Source: Bacilli bacterium (GTDB lineage Bacteria; Bacillota_I; Bacilli_A; RF39; UBA660). From it: a stretch of DNA of 45,233 nucleotides. Made by a program: the position numbers and the translations under genes. The stretch is from assembly GCA_016290195.1 (NCBI GenBank), contig JAEETF010000024.1, positions 1 to 45,233 on the forward strand, given 5' to 3'. Below the pieces are notes generated by a model that did no database searches, was not told the DNA's origin, and saw only the letters and a program-made list of their open reading frames with translations. Of this stretch, positions 28,896 through 38,358 are shown piece after piece; within the stretch, counting starts at the first letter, position 1; every line of letters begins with the position of its first letter.

Positions 28896-29355
28896 ATTTG
28901 ATTAAAGAAACATTACTAATATCTTCTTCACATGTTCCAACATGTGCATTCATAGCACCTGCTTTAACATTTAAATTGTTATCCACTTTAAATTCTAATG
29001 AATATTCGCTAGTACATTCATTATTTTCTTTAACAAATCTATATACACTTACTTTGGCCTTTCCAGCTTTTTTTCCATTAATAATTAATGATTTTTTTTC
29101 GCCTTCAGTTTTAATTTCAAGTTCTATTATCTTATCTGTTTGCTCAATAATGTACCCAGATATGATTTCAGTATCATCTTCAGCAACTAAATTACCTTCA
29201 GCATCATAAACACGTAGTGGTTCATTTGTAATATCCATTTCATAAGGTGTATTCTTTTTTATATCTTCAGTATTTGTTTCTTCTTTCTTTTCTCCACAAC
29301 CAGTCATTAATAGTCCAAGTATTATTGTTAAAGAAATAGCTTTAATTATTTTCAT
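28894..29355 (-). CDS. Small lipoprotein (unrelated to the 27720/28254 pair by eye)
   Basis: MKIIKAISLTIILGLLMTGC lipobox. 153 aa from the ATG at 29355 behind AAGGAGG (reverse complement of 29361-29367). The track start 29385 is an extension. Confidence 0.75.
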   Translation of the reverse strand: MKIIKAISLTIILGLLMTGCGEKKEETNTEDIKKNTPYEMDITNEPLRVYDAEGNLVAEDDTEIISGYIIEQTDKIIELEIKTEGEKKSLIINGKKAGKAKVSVYRFVKENNECTSEYSLEFKVDNNLNVKAGAMNAHVGTCEEDISNVSLIK

Positions 29356-29491
29356 ATATACCTCCTTTATTAATATAACACTCATATATTATAAAGTCAA
29401 AATGCATTAATAAATTTAATGTATTTTTTTGTATTTTGAAATTTGGTAAGAAAAAATAAAAATTATCTATAATAGAAATGGAGGTAATAAT

Positions 29492-31792
29492 ATGTTTGGT
29501 AATTTTACAGAAGAAGCAAGAAAAGTATTAATGAATGCAAAAAAAGAAATGAAAAAATTAAAGCATCCATATATTGGAAGTGAACATTTATTATTATCAA
29601 TACTTAGTAGTGATAATATAGTAACTACTAAGCTTAAAGAATATAATTTGACATATAAAATTTTTAGAAATGAATTAATTAAAATTGTTGGTATGGGCAG
29701 TAAAGAAAGCAAGTATAATTTATATACACCACTGTTAAAAAGAATACTTGCAAATGCAGTAATAAATAGTAAAGAAAATAATAGTGATGTAGTTAATATT
29801 GAAGATTTATTTATTGGTCTGTTAGATGAAGGTGATGGAGTAGCAATCAGAATATTACTGGGATTAAATATTGATTTAGAAAAAATATATGATGATTTTG
29901 AATATAAAATTATAGATCATAAACCTAAAAATAAAAAGAAATTATTAATACAATATGGATATGATTTAAATGAAAAAGCCTTAAATAATAATTTTGATCC
30001 AGTTATAGGTAGAGATAAAGAAGTTAATAGAATTATAGAAATTTTAACTCGTAGGACTAAAAATAATCCATTATTAATTGGTGATGCGGGTACTGGTAAA
30101 ACAGCAATCGTAGAAGAATTAAGCAAACGAATAGCTTTTGGAAATGTACCATTAAAACTTAAAAATAAACATATAATTAGTTTAGATATGGCAACATTAG
30201 TAGCTGGTACTAAATATCGTGGTGAATTTGAAGAAAGAATAAGAAAAATTTTAAAAGAAGCAACAGATGATGAAGATGTCATTTTATTTATTGATGAAGT
30301 ACACACTATAGTAGGAGCTGGAGGTGCAGAAGGAGCTATAGATGCTTCTAATATTTTTAAACCTGATTTAGCACGCGGTAAAATACGCTGTATAGGCGCT
30401 ACTACATATGATGAATATAAAAAATTTATTGAAAAAGATTCAGCACTTGACAGGAGATTTCAAAAAGTATTTGTTGAAAAACCAGATAAAGATAAAGTAG
30501 TTAATATTTTAACTAATTTAAAATCCTATTATGAAAATTATCATAAAGTAAATATTTCTGATGATAACATTAAATTAATAGTTGATTTAGCTGAAAAATA
30601 TATATCTGATCGTAATGAACCAGACCGTTCTATTGATATTTTAGATGAAGTATGTGCAAAAGTAAGTCTAAAAGAAAATGGTACATATAAAAAATATAAT
30701 AATTATATTAATGAATTAAAAGATATAATTGACAATAAAAATAAAGCAATTATTTTAAATGATTTTGAAAATGTACATAATTATAAAGAACAAGAAAATG
30801 AAATAATGTCTAAAGTAAATGATTTAGAAATGAAAATATATAGTGATAGTAATTATAATAATGTTACTAAAAAAGATATTGCACAAGTAATACAATCAAG
30901 AACAAAAATACCAGTTTATGAAATTATGAGTGATAAACAAAAGATTATTAATAATATTTCATTAGAAATGAAGAAAGAAATAATAGGTCAAGATTATGCT
31001 TGTGATAGAGTAATAAATATTTTAAAAAGAATTAAGTTTGGATATGGACAAAATAGATGCTACTCATTTTTATTTTGTGGACCATCAGGAGTAGGTAAAA
31101 CTAGTTTAGCTACTTTATTTGGTAAAAAATTAGTTGGTGATGAAAACATTATCAAAATAGATATGAGTGAGTTTTCTGAAGAACATTCAATTTCTAAAAT
31201 ATTAGGTGCTCCTCCTGGATATGTGGGATATGATAGTAATAATACTATATTGGAAGAAATAAGAAAAAGACCAAATGCAGTTATTATATTGGATGAAATA
31301 GAAAAAGCTCATCCTAAAATAATTAGTTTATTTTATCAAATACTTGAAGATGGTACAATAAAAGATTCTAGTGGTAAAAAAATTTATTTTAATAATAATA
31401 TAATTATTATGACTAGTAATATTGGATATAATGAAAAAAAATTAGGATTTAGTAGTAATAATAAATATATTTTAAATAAATTAAAAGAACAGTTTTCTAT
31501 ATCATTTATTAATAGAATTGATGAAATAATTACATTTAATGAAATGAGTGAAAATATAATAGAAAAATTAATTAAAAATAAATTATTAAATATTAAAAAT
31601 AAGTATAATAAAATAAAAATTAATTTTGATAAAAATACTATAGAAAGTATTATTAAATCATCTAATTATAAAGAATTTGGGGCTAGAAAAATAGATAAAA
31701 TTATTAGAAATTATATTGAGAATACTATTATAGATGCGATTATTGATAAAAAAGAAGAAGTCAAATTAAAAAAAATAGTAATTAATAATTAA
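29492..31792 (+). CDS. ClpC-like Clp/Hsp100 AAA+ ATPase (two nucleotide-binding domains)
   Basis: Clp N-domain repeats (GSEHLLLSIL, IEDLFIGLL). D1 GDAGTGKTAIVE / ILFIDEVH. D2 GPSGVGKTSLA / VIILDEIEKAH. KLGFS loop in the position of the ClpP-docking tripeptide. GGAGGT RBS, TATAAT at 29468-29473. Confidence 0.85.
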   Translation: MFGNFTEEARKVLMNAKKEMKKLKHPYIGSEHLLLSILSSDNIVTTKLKEYNLTYKIFRNELIKIVGMGSKESKYNLYTPLLKRILANAVINSKENNSDVVNIEDLFIGLLDEGDGVAIRILLGLNIDLEKIYDDFEYKIIDHKPKNKKKLLIQYGYDLNEKALNNNFDPVIGRDKEVNRIIEILTRRTKNNPLLIGDAGTGKTAIVEELSKRIAFGNVPLKLKNKHIISLDMATLVAGTKYRGEFEERIRKILKEATDDEDVILFIDEVHTIVGAGGAEGAIDASNIFKPDLARGKIRCIGATTYDEYKKFIEKDSALDRRFQKVFVEKPDKDKVVNILTNLKSYYENYHKVNISDDNIKLIVDLAEKYISDRNEPDRSIDILDEVCAKVSLKENGTYKKYNNYINELKDIIDNKNKAIILNDFENVHNYKEQENEIMSKVNDLEMKIYSDSNYNNVTKKDIAQVIQSRTKIPVYEIMSDKQKIINNISLEMKKEIIGQDYACDRVINILKRIKFGYGQNRCYSFLFCGPSGVGKTSLATLFGKKLVGDENIIKIDMSEFSEEHSISKILGAPPGYVGYDSNNTILEEIRKRPNAVIILDEIEKAHPKIISLFYQILEDGTIKDSSGKKIYFNNNIIIMTSNIGYNEKKLGFSSNNKYILNKLKEQFSISFINRIDEIITFNEMSENIIEKLIKNKLLNIKNKYNKIKINFDKNTIESIIKSSNYKEFGARKIDKIIRNYIENTIIDAIIDKKEEVKLKKIVINN

Positions 31793-31803
31793 AATAAAGG
31801 GAC

Positions 31804-31833
31804 TTGAAATTTAAATATTATCTATGATAAAAT
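31804..31833 (+). promoter_or_regulatory. Putative promoter of the 31849-32702 gene pair
   Basis: -35 TTGAAA (31804-31809), 18-nt spacer, extended -10 TGATAAAAT (31825-31833). Confidence 0.45.
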
Positions 31834-31848
31834 TATATTGGTGATAAT

Positions 31849-32391
31849 ATGTCTATAGAGGATATTAAGGGGACTCTAGAAAACAATGGTAGTATAAGTG
31901 ATGAACTTAAAGATAACATTGTAGCATTAGTAGAAATATTTTCAAATAATTTTCCTAATGTTTCGCTAGAGAAGTTGAATAATAATTTAAAAACTTTAAA
32001 AATTAAACGTGTAAGTAAATATGTTACAAATGAAGTTGCATACTATAGTGGAGCATCAAATACGTTATATATAAATTATAGTAAAATAACTGATGATGAT
32101 GATGTTAGACATATTATTATGCACCAATTATTACATATAATTACCTACAATGGTCGTTATTCAGGCTTTAATGAAAATAATTTTTTTAGAGCATTAAATG
32201 AAGGATTTACAGAAATAATTACAAATAATATTGTTGGTAATGAAGGCGATAAGACATATTTTGATGATGAAGTAGTTGCTACTAACTTACTTTCAAGTAT
32301 TGTTGGTGTAGATGTAATGGAGAGATGCTACTTCAATAATGATGCACAGGGATTAATGCAAGAGTTAATCAATGTTGGGGGCGAAATTTAA
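31849..32391 (+). CDS. Hypothetical protein with a degenerate zincin-like motif (HQLLH ... NEGF)
   Basis: 180 aa. IIMHQLLHII (His codons 32122-32124 and 32134-32136) and ALNEGFTE (Glu 32200-32202, 22 aa after the second His). This resembles a gluzincin HExxH...E layout with the catalytic Glu replaced by Gln. Confidence 0.4.
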   Translation: MSIEDIKGTLENNGSISDELKDNIVALVEIFSNNFPNVSLEKLNNNLKTLKIKRVSKYVTNEVAYYSGASNTLYINYSKITDDDDVRHIIMHQLLHIITYNGRYSGFNENNFFRALNEGFTEIITNNIVGNEGDKTYFDDEVVATNLLSSIVGVDVMERCYFNNDAQGLMQELINVGGEI

Positions 32392-32702
32392 TGAATATTA
32401 AAAAAGTAATGGATAAAATGAATTATAATTATGGAAATCCAAATGGGAAAAGTGATTTAGGTGATATTCAGAATATGATGACAGAATGGTTTTATGAAAA
32501 TCTAACTAAATCATCTTTAAGTATGGAAGCTTCTAAAACTATGATGGATAATTTTGAAGCCAATATATTTGATAATCCAGATATGTTTGATTCAAGCATT
32601 GATTATAGTAGTATTAGAGGTTGTAAACACTTTTTTAATGAAAAGAAAGCTAATTATGGTATGTATTTAAATGAACAAAATGAAAATAAAATGAGACTAT
32701 AA
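32391..32702 (+). CDS. Hypothetical protein, translationally coupled to 31849-32391
   Basis: TAATG overlap at 32389-32393. 103 aa, no motif recognised. Confidence 0.5.
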   Translation: MNIKKVMDKMNYNYGNPNGKSDLGDIQNMMTEWFYENLTKSSLSMEASKTMMDNFEANIFDNPDMFDSSIDYSSIRGCKHFFNEKKANYGMYLNEQNENKMRL

Positions 32703-32723
32703 ATTAAAATTTATAGTTTTTTT
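32696..32723 (+). terminator. Rho-independent terminator
   Basis: ACTATAAAT / TAAA loop / ATTTATAGT perfect 9-bp stem, then T6-7. Confidence 0.6.
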
Positions 32724-32768
32724 GTAGGATTTTTTAAATTTATTTGGAATAATATACTTAGTACGCAA

Positions 32769-32797
32769 TTGATAAAAATTAAAAATATACGTATAAT
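32769..32797 (+). promoter_or_regulatory. Near-consensus sigma-A promoter of the M16 peptidase pair
   Basis: -35 TTGATA (32769-32774), 17-nt spacer, -10 TATAAT (32792-32797). Confidence 0.65.
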
Positions 32798-32814
32798 ATA
32801 GTCAGGTGATTTAT

Positions 32815-34086
32815 ATGAAATATAATAAATATGAAATGAATTCTTATAATTTGCACGTAATTAATACAGATAGATTTAAAGTAAATCGTTTAGTAGTACT
32901 TTTTTTAAGGAAGGCTAAAAAAGATGAAATTACTATTCGTAATCTTCTTGGTGATGTTCTTCTTACATCTACTAAAAAATATAATACACTTCGTTTATTA
33001 AATATTAAAACAGAAGAATTATATGGTATGCCATATGGTGGTGGTACTATAAATAGCGGAAAATATTCGGTAATGCGTTTTAGTATGGAATTCTTAAATG
33101 ATAAATATACTTTAGAACCAATATTTGAAGAAGCTATTAATTTTATGATGGATATTATTTTTAATCCAAATGTTACTGATGGAGCATTTGATGAAAAGAC
33201 ATTTGATATATGCAAAACTAATTTAAAAAATTATCTTGAAAGTATACCTGATTATCCAGATAATTATAGTCATATACGTTTGTTAGATGAAATGGATAAA
33301 TCATCACCAATTAGTTATCATAATGCTGGTTATTTAGAAGATTTAGATAGTATTACTCCTCAATCTTTATATAAGTATTATTTAAGTATGTTAAAAAAAG
33401 ATATGGTTGATGTATATTTAATTGGTGATGTTAATGAAAAAGAAGTTAAAAAAATAATAGATAGTAAAATGCTTTTAAATTCAGTAAGAAAAAATATAGG
33501 TAACCATTTAATAAAACATGATTTATTTAGAAATAAGTATAAAACAATTATTGAATCTAAAGATGTAAAACAAAGTAAATTATTAATAGGATTTAAAATT
33601 AAGAATCCTACATTTTATGAACTAAATTATGTTTCAGTAGCATACTCTTATATATTAGGTGGAAGTGCAGATTCATTATTATTTAAAAATGTTAGAGAAA
33701 AGAATTCATTATGTTATTATATCAATTCATCAATAAATAGAATTAAGAGTATTATGGTTATTTCATCAGGAATAAAAAAGAAAGACTTTAAAAAAACGTT
33801 AGAATTAATAAAAAAAGAATTAAAAAATATGTCACTTGGTAAATTTAGTGATAAATATATAGAAAATGGAAAAGAAATGTATTTGAATGCATGTGATGAA
33901 ATGTATGATACTCCAACAGATTTACTTAATACATATATCAATAATAATTATTTGCATACGGGTTTAATAGAAGAAAAGAAAAAAGAAATACTTAAAGTTA
34001 CTAAAGAAGACATAATAAAGTTTTCTAAAAAAATTATTATTGACACAATTTATTTATTAGAAGGAAGTGAACAAGATGATAATTAA
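32815..34086 (+). CDS. M16 (pitrilysin/insulinase) family protein lacking the HxxEH zinc motif (likely non-catalytic partner; YmfF-like)
   Basis: 423 aa from ATG 32815 behind AGGTGA. M16-like length and pairing with the next gene. No HxxEH anywhere in the sequence. Confidence 0.65.
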   Translation: MKYNKYEMNSYNLHVINTDRFKVNRLVVLFLRKAKKDEITIRNLLGDVLLTSTKKYNTLRLLNIKTEELYGMPYGGGTINSGKYSVMRFSMEFLNDKYTLEPIFEEAINFMMDIIFNPNVTDGAFDEKTFDICKTNLKNYLESIPDYPDNYSHIRLLDEMDKSSPISYHNAGYLEDLDSITPQSLYKYYLSMLKKDMVDVYLIGDVNEKEVKKIIDSKMLLNSVRKNIGNHLIKHDLFRNKYKTIIESKDVKQSKLLIGFKIKNPTFYELNYVSVAYSYILGGSADSLLFKNVREKNSLCYYINSSINRIKSIMVISSGIKKKDFKKTLELIKKELKNMSLGKFSDKYIENGKEMYLNACDEMYDTPTDLLNTYINNNYLHTGLIEEKKKEILKVTKEDIIKFSKKIIIDTIYLLEGSEQDDN

Positions 34087-35368
34087 AAAACTGGATTATC
34101 TAGATGTAGATGTTTATGAAGAAAAACTGGATAATGGATTATTATTATATATTGTTCCTATTCAAAATCGAAATAATATATATGTTACTTTAACAACTAA
34201 ATTTGGTTCTAATGTTTTAGAATTTATTCCTTTAAATGAAGATAAGATGGTTAAAGTACCAGCTGGTGTTGCTCACTTTCTAGAACATAAGGTTTTTGAA
34301 CAAAAAGATGGTATTGATCCATTTACATATTTTTCAGAAAGAGGAGCAAATGCAAATGCTAATACATCTCAACATAAAACAACTTATTTATTTTCAGGAC
34401 ATAGTAATATAGAAGATAATATAAACTTTTTATTAGATTATGTTGGTGAACCTTATTTTACTGATGAAAATGTAGAAAAAGAAAAAGGAATTATTATTTC
34501 AGAATGTGAAATGTATAAAGATAAATCATATCATAGATGTTATGAAAAAATGCTTGAAAATACTTTTCAAATTGATCCAGTGCGTATACCTGTAATTGGG
34601 ACAGTAGAAAGCATTAAGTCTATTACTAAAGAAGATTTATATACTTGCTACAATACATTCTATCATCCAGCTAATATGTTTATGGTAGTTACTGGTAATG
34701 TAGATCCAAAGCATATTATTAGTGTAGTAAAAGAAAATCAAAAAAATAAGAAATACATTGATTTTAAACCAGTTACTATTAAAAAATATGATGAACCTAA
34801 AACTGTATTAAAACAAAAAGATAGTTTTAATATGGATATAACAATTCCAAAAATTATGATTGGTTATAAAATAGCTTTTAAAGATTTTAATATGGATTTA
34901 AGAACTTTAAAAGATAATTTGATTATGATATTTGAATTAAACTTTGGAGAAACATCATTACTTAATGAAAGATTGGTTAATCAAAAAATAGTTAATGGTG
35001 GTATTGGCTATGATAATGTTTCAACGGATGATTATATGTTAATAACATTAAGTGCTGAATGTATGGATTGTAATTTATTTGAAAAAGAAATTGAAAAACA
35101 AATTAATAATTTAACAGTATCTGAAGAAGAATTTATGAGAAAGAAAAAATCTGCTATAGGAAATATAGTCGCACTAAGTAATGATGTATATTTAATGAAT
35201 AATAAAATAGTAAATAATGTAATTAAATATAATGAAGTAAAATATGATGATTATGAATATATTAAGAATTCGAGTTTTAAAGATTTAGAATATGTCTTAA
35301 ATAATCTTAATTTAGAAAATAAAAGTATATGTATAGTAAATCCAAAGAAACTTGCAAATAAGAAATAA
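34076..35368 (+). CDS. M16 family zinc peptidase (catalytic subunit; YmfH-like)
   Basis: Inverted zincin motif AHFLEHKVFE near the N-terminus. 430 aa from ATG 34076 (alternative GTG 34067). Overlaps the upstream partner. Confidence 0.8.
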   Translation: MIIKKLDYLDVDVYEEKLDNGLLLYIVPIQNRNNIYVTLTTKFGSNVLEFIPLNEDKMVKVPAGVAHFLEHKVFEQKDGIDPFTYFSERGANANANTSQHKTTYLFSGHSNIEDNINFLLDYVGEPYFTDENVEKEKGIIISECEMYKDKSYHRCYEKMLENTFQIDPVRIPVIGTVESIKSITKEDLYTCYNTFYHPANMFMVVTGNVDPKHIISVVKENQKNKKYIDFKPVTIKKYDEPKTVLKQKDSFNMDITIPKIMIGYKIAFKDFNMDLRTLKDNLIMIFELNFGETSLLNERLVNQKIVNGGIGYDNVSTDDYMLITLSAECMDCNLFEKEIEKQINNLTVSEEEFMRKKKSAIGNIVALSNDVYLMNNKIVNNVIKYNEVKYDDYEYIKNSSFKDLEYVLNNLNLENKSICIVNPKKLANKK

Positions 35369-35404
35369 ATATGTTATACTATAGGATAGTTAAGGAGGGC
35401 ATCT

Positions 35405-35617
35405 ATGAAGGTAGCTTTATTAATTATTAGTTTATTATTAATTGCTATTGTTTTACTACAAAGTGGTAAAGCAGAAGGAGCATCTAGTATTATTTCAGGT
35501 GGAAATTTAAATTTATTTGCTCAAAGAAAAGAACGTGGTGGAGAATTATTTATTAGTAGATTAACTTTAGCACTTGGTCTTGCATTTTTAACACTTAGTT
35601 TTATATTAGGATTTTAA
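35405..35617 (+). CDS. secG: Preprotein translocase subunit SecG
   Basis: 70 aa, two hydrophobic spans, LLQSGKAEGASSIISGG signature. AAGGAGGG RBS. Confidence 0.8.
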   Translation: MKVALLIISLLLIAIVLLQSGKAEGASSIISGGNLNLFAQRKERGGELFISRLTLALGLAFLTLSFILGF

Positions 35618-35618
35618 T

Positions 35619-35640
35619 AAAGGCTCTATGCCTTTTTTCT
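35619..35640 (+). terminator. Rho-independent terminator
   Basis: AAAGGC / TCTAT loop / GCCTTT followed by a T-run. Confidence 0.65.
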
Positions 35641-35712
35641 TTACAAAGATTTACAATATGAATATTGACAAAATAGAATTATTAATCTAAATTAATGATA
35701 GGAGGGAATACT

Positions 35713-35898
35713 TTGGAATTTGATGATAATTCTTTAAAAGAAGAAAATATTAGGAAAGAAGTGGTATTGTTAAGAGAAAAATTAATTAATAGTAATGATC
35801 CAGTAGAAATAGATGCTATTAAAGCTAGAGTATTAATGTTAAAACTTTTGCTTAGTAATCTAAAAAATAATAAAATTGAAAGCAAAAAAATATCTTGA
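35713..35898 (+). CDS. Small helical hypothetical protein
   Basis: Track ORF 35695-35898. TTG 35713 lies 6 nt after AGGAGGG (35700-35706), which makes it the better start (61 aa). TTGACA at 35665-35670 upstream. Confidence 0.4.
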   Translation: MEFDDNSLKEENIRKEVVLLREKLINSNDPVEIDAIKARVLMLKLLLSNLKNNKIESKKIS

Positions 35899-35901
35899 AT
35901 T

Positions 35902-35924
35902 AAGAACTTTTAGTTCTTTTTTTG
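35902..35924 (+). terminator. Rho-independent terminator
   Basis: AAGAAC / TTTTA loop / GTTCTT followed by a T-run. Confidence 0.55.
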
Positions 35925-35969
35925 TTTGTATAATTAGTTTAATTATTATATAATTAAAAGGGTGGTATA

Positions 35970-36728
35970 ATGAAAGCTTTAATAACTGGAGCAACTAGTG
36001 GTATTGGAGAAGCACTTGCAAATGTTTTATATGATATGGGTAGTAATCTTATACTAGTTGGACGTAATAAAGAAAAATTAGAAGAATTAAAAAACAAATT
36101 TGGTCGTAAAGCTAAAGTTGTTGATATAGATTTATCTAGTACATATAATTGTATGGAATTATATGAAATTTGTAAAAATGAAAAATTAGACGTTGTTATT
36201 AATAATGCTGGTTTTGGTGATTGTGGTTATTTTACAGAGACTAATTTAAATAAAGAATTGGATATGATTAATGTAAATGTTAAAGCTGTTCATGTACTTA
36301 CTAAATTATTTTTAAAAGATTTTGTTAAACATAATAGAGGTTTTATACTTAATGTGGCTTCTATTGCAGCCTTTGCACCTGGACCACTTATGGCAACATA
36401 TTATTCTACTAAAACATATGTTGTTAGTCTTACAAAACAAATTAATGAAGAATTAAAAAAAGAAAATAGTAATGTTTATGTAGGATGTTTATGTCCAGGA
36501 CCTGTGGATACTAATTTTAATAATGTAGCAGGAGTTATTTTTAATGCTAAGGGATTAACTAAAGAGTATGTTGCTGAATATGCAGTTAAACAAATGTTAA
36601 AGAAAAAAACAATAATAATACCTGGATTTAAAGTAAGATGTGGATATCTAGGTGCTAAATTATTTAGTGATAAAACTGTTTCTAAATTTATATTTAATGG
36701 ACAAAAGAAAAAATTAGGTAATGAATAA
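35970..36728 (+). CDS. Short-chain dehydrogenase/reductase, first gene of the ecf-truA operon
   Basis: TGATSGIGEA, NNAG, YYSTK catalytic Tyr/Lys. Its stop overlaps the ecfA1 ATG (TAATG at 36726-36730). Confidence 0.85.
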   Translation: MKALITGATSGIGEALANVLYDMGSNLILVGRNKEKLEELKNKFGRKAKVVDIDLSSTYNCMELYEICKNEKLDVVINNAGFGDCGYFTETNLNKELDMINVNVKAVHVLTKLFLKDFVKHNRGFILNVASIAAFAPGPLMATYYSTKTYVVSLTKQINEELKKENSNVYVGCLCPGPVDTNFNNVAGVIFNAKGLTKEYVAEYAVKQMLKKKTIIIPGFKVRCGYLGAKLFSDKTVSKFIFNGQKKKLGNE

Positions 36729-37531
36729 TGTCTTCTATTATTAAAATAAATGATTTATCATTTTCTTATGAAGATAAAAAAATATTTAAAAAATTAAATT
36801 TAGAAATAGAACAAAATAGATGGCTTACAGTAGTGGGTGCTAATGGTAGTGGTAAAAGTACTTTAGTAAGCTTAATTCTAGGACTAAAAGAATATGAGGG
36901 ACAAATATTAGTAGAAGATTTTGATGTTTTAAAAAGCAAAAAATTGATTCGTAAAAAAATAGGTGTAGTATTTGATGATCCTGATAATCAAATAATACAT
37001 GATATGGTTGATGATGAACTTTCTTTTATACTTCAAAATATGGGATTATCTATATCAGAAATAAATCAAAAAAAAGAAGAAATAGTAAATGCTTTAGGAA
37101 TTAAAAAAATATTAAAATTAAAACCTAGTGATTTATCTGGTGGTGAAAAATGTTTAGCTGTTTTAGCTGCATCTTTAGTTAAAAATCCAGATATAATTAT
37201 TTTAGATGAGGCACTTGAAATGCTTGATAATTTACAAAAAAATAAAGTAATTAAATTATTGAAAAATAGATTAAAAGCAGGTGCTACAATTATTAATATT
37301 ACTCAAGATATTGAAGATAGTTTAATTGGTGATGATATATTATTAATGGATAATGGTAAAGTAATACTTTATGATACAAAAGAATCATTTTTCAATCATG
37401 ATGAAGAAATTAAAAAGTATAATCTTGAATTACCTTTTATAGTAGATCTATCTATAAAATTAGAATATTATGGATTAACTAATAAAATATATCTTGATAT
37501 GGAAGAGTTGGTGAATGAAATATGGAAATAA
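36728..37531 (+). CDS. ecfA1: ECF transporter ATPase component A1
   Basis: Walker A GANGSGKST, signature LSGGEK, Walker B IIILDEA. Conserved position upstream of ecfA2-ecfT-truA. Confidence 0.85.
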   Translation: MSSIIKINDLSFSYEDKKIFKKLNLEIEQNRWLTVVGANGSGKSTLVSLILGLKEYEGQILVEDFDVLKSKKLIRKKIGVVFDDPDNQIIHDMVDDELSFILQNMGLSISEINQKKEEIVNALGIKKILKLKPSDLSGGEKCLAVLAASLVKNPDIIILDEALEMLDNLQKNKVIKLLKNRLKAGATIINITQDIEDSLIGDDILLMDNGKVILYDTKESFFNHDEEIKKYNLELPFIVDLSIKLEYYGLTNKIYLDMEELVNEIWK

Positions 37532-38358
37532 TATTTGATAATATTAAGTTCACTTATGAAGGTTCTAATGAAGAAACTATTAAAGGTTTATCAGCTCATT
37601 TAAAAAAGAATAGTATAAATGCTATAATTGGTGAAAATGGTAGTGGTAAAACTACTTTAATTCAAACAATAAATGGATTAATTATACCTGATATTGGTGA
37701 AATAAGAATAGATGATTTTAGAGTAAAAAAAGGTATTAAAGATTATAAAGATTTAAGATTTAATGTTGGTATGGTATTTCAACTTCCAGAGGAACAAATA
37801 TTTAATTTAACTGTAGAAGATGAAATTGGTTATACTCTTGATTATTATAATTATCGTCAAGATGAAAAAGAAAAACATATTTTAGATGCCTTAAAAATGG
37901 TAGGATTAAATAAAGATTATTTATCAAAAAATCCTCTTTCTTTAAGTCAAGGAGAAAAAAGGAAAGTAGCTATTGCAACTGTACTTGCTTTTAATCCTAA
38001 AGTTATAATTTTTGATGAACCAACTATTGGTCTAGATTATAAAACAAAAGAAAATTTAATTAAAATAATTAGATTACTTAAAAATAGATTTCATAAAACA
38101 ATAATTATAGTATCACATGATGTAGATTTAGTTCATAAATTATCTGATTATATATGTATATTATCGAATGGTAAAATTGTAAAAAGTGGTAGTAAGTATG
38201 AAATATTTACAGATTCTAACTTATTAAAAAAGTATCATATTAAAGTTCCAAAAATAATTGAATTTGAAAAATTAGTACTTGAAAAGAAAAAAATAAAACT
38301 AGGATATCGTGATGATATTAATGATTTATTAAAGGATATATATAGGAATGCTAAATAA
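37522..38358 (+). CDS. ecfA2: ECF transporter ATPase component A2
   Basis: GENGSGKTT, LSQGEKRKVAIA, IIFDEPT. Overlaps both neighbours. Confidence 0.85.
   Translation: MEIIFDNIKFTYEGSNEETIKGLSAHLKKNSINAIIGENGSGKTTLIQTINGLIIPDIGEIRIDDFRVKKGIKDYKDLRFNVGMVFQLPEEQIFNLTVEDEIGYTLDYYNYRQDEKEKHILDALKMVGLNKDYLSKNPLSLSQGEKRKVAIATVLAFNPKVIIFDEPTIGLDYKTKENLIKIIRLLKNRFHKTIIIVSHDVDLVHKLSDYICILSNGKIVKSGSKYEIFTDSNLLKKYHIKVPKIIEFEKLVLEKKKIKLGYRDDINDLLKDIYRNAK

Noticed and set aside
28796-29209. 137-aa plus-strand track ORF
   Set aside because: Only its first 20 codons or so (the lipoprotein-paralog remnant) look meaningful. The rest is antisense to the well-supported minus-strand lipoprotein gene 28894-29355 and crosses a terminator hairpin.
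29386-29491. Possible CtsR operator upstream of the ClpC-like gene (AGTCAAA at about 29393-29399)
   Set aside because: Only one heptad resembles the (A/G)GTCAAA direct-repeat consensus. The expected second heptad 3 nt downstream reads CATTAAT. No ctsR/mcsA/mcsB genes are adjacent.
27643-36727. Interpreting the block between rplQ and ecfA1 as a mobile genomic island or prophage remnant
   Set aside because: I saw no integrase, transposase, recombinase, tRNA attachment site or flanking direct repeats. The block contains probable essential genes (secG, clpC-like), and the SDR is translationally coupled to ecfA1.
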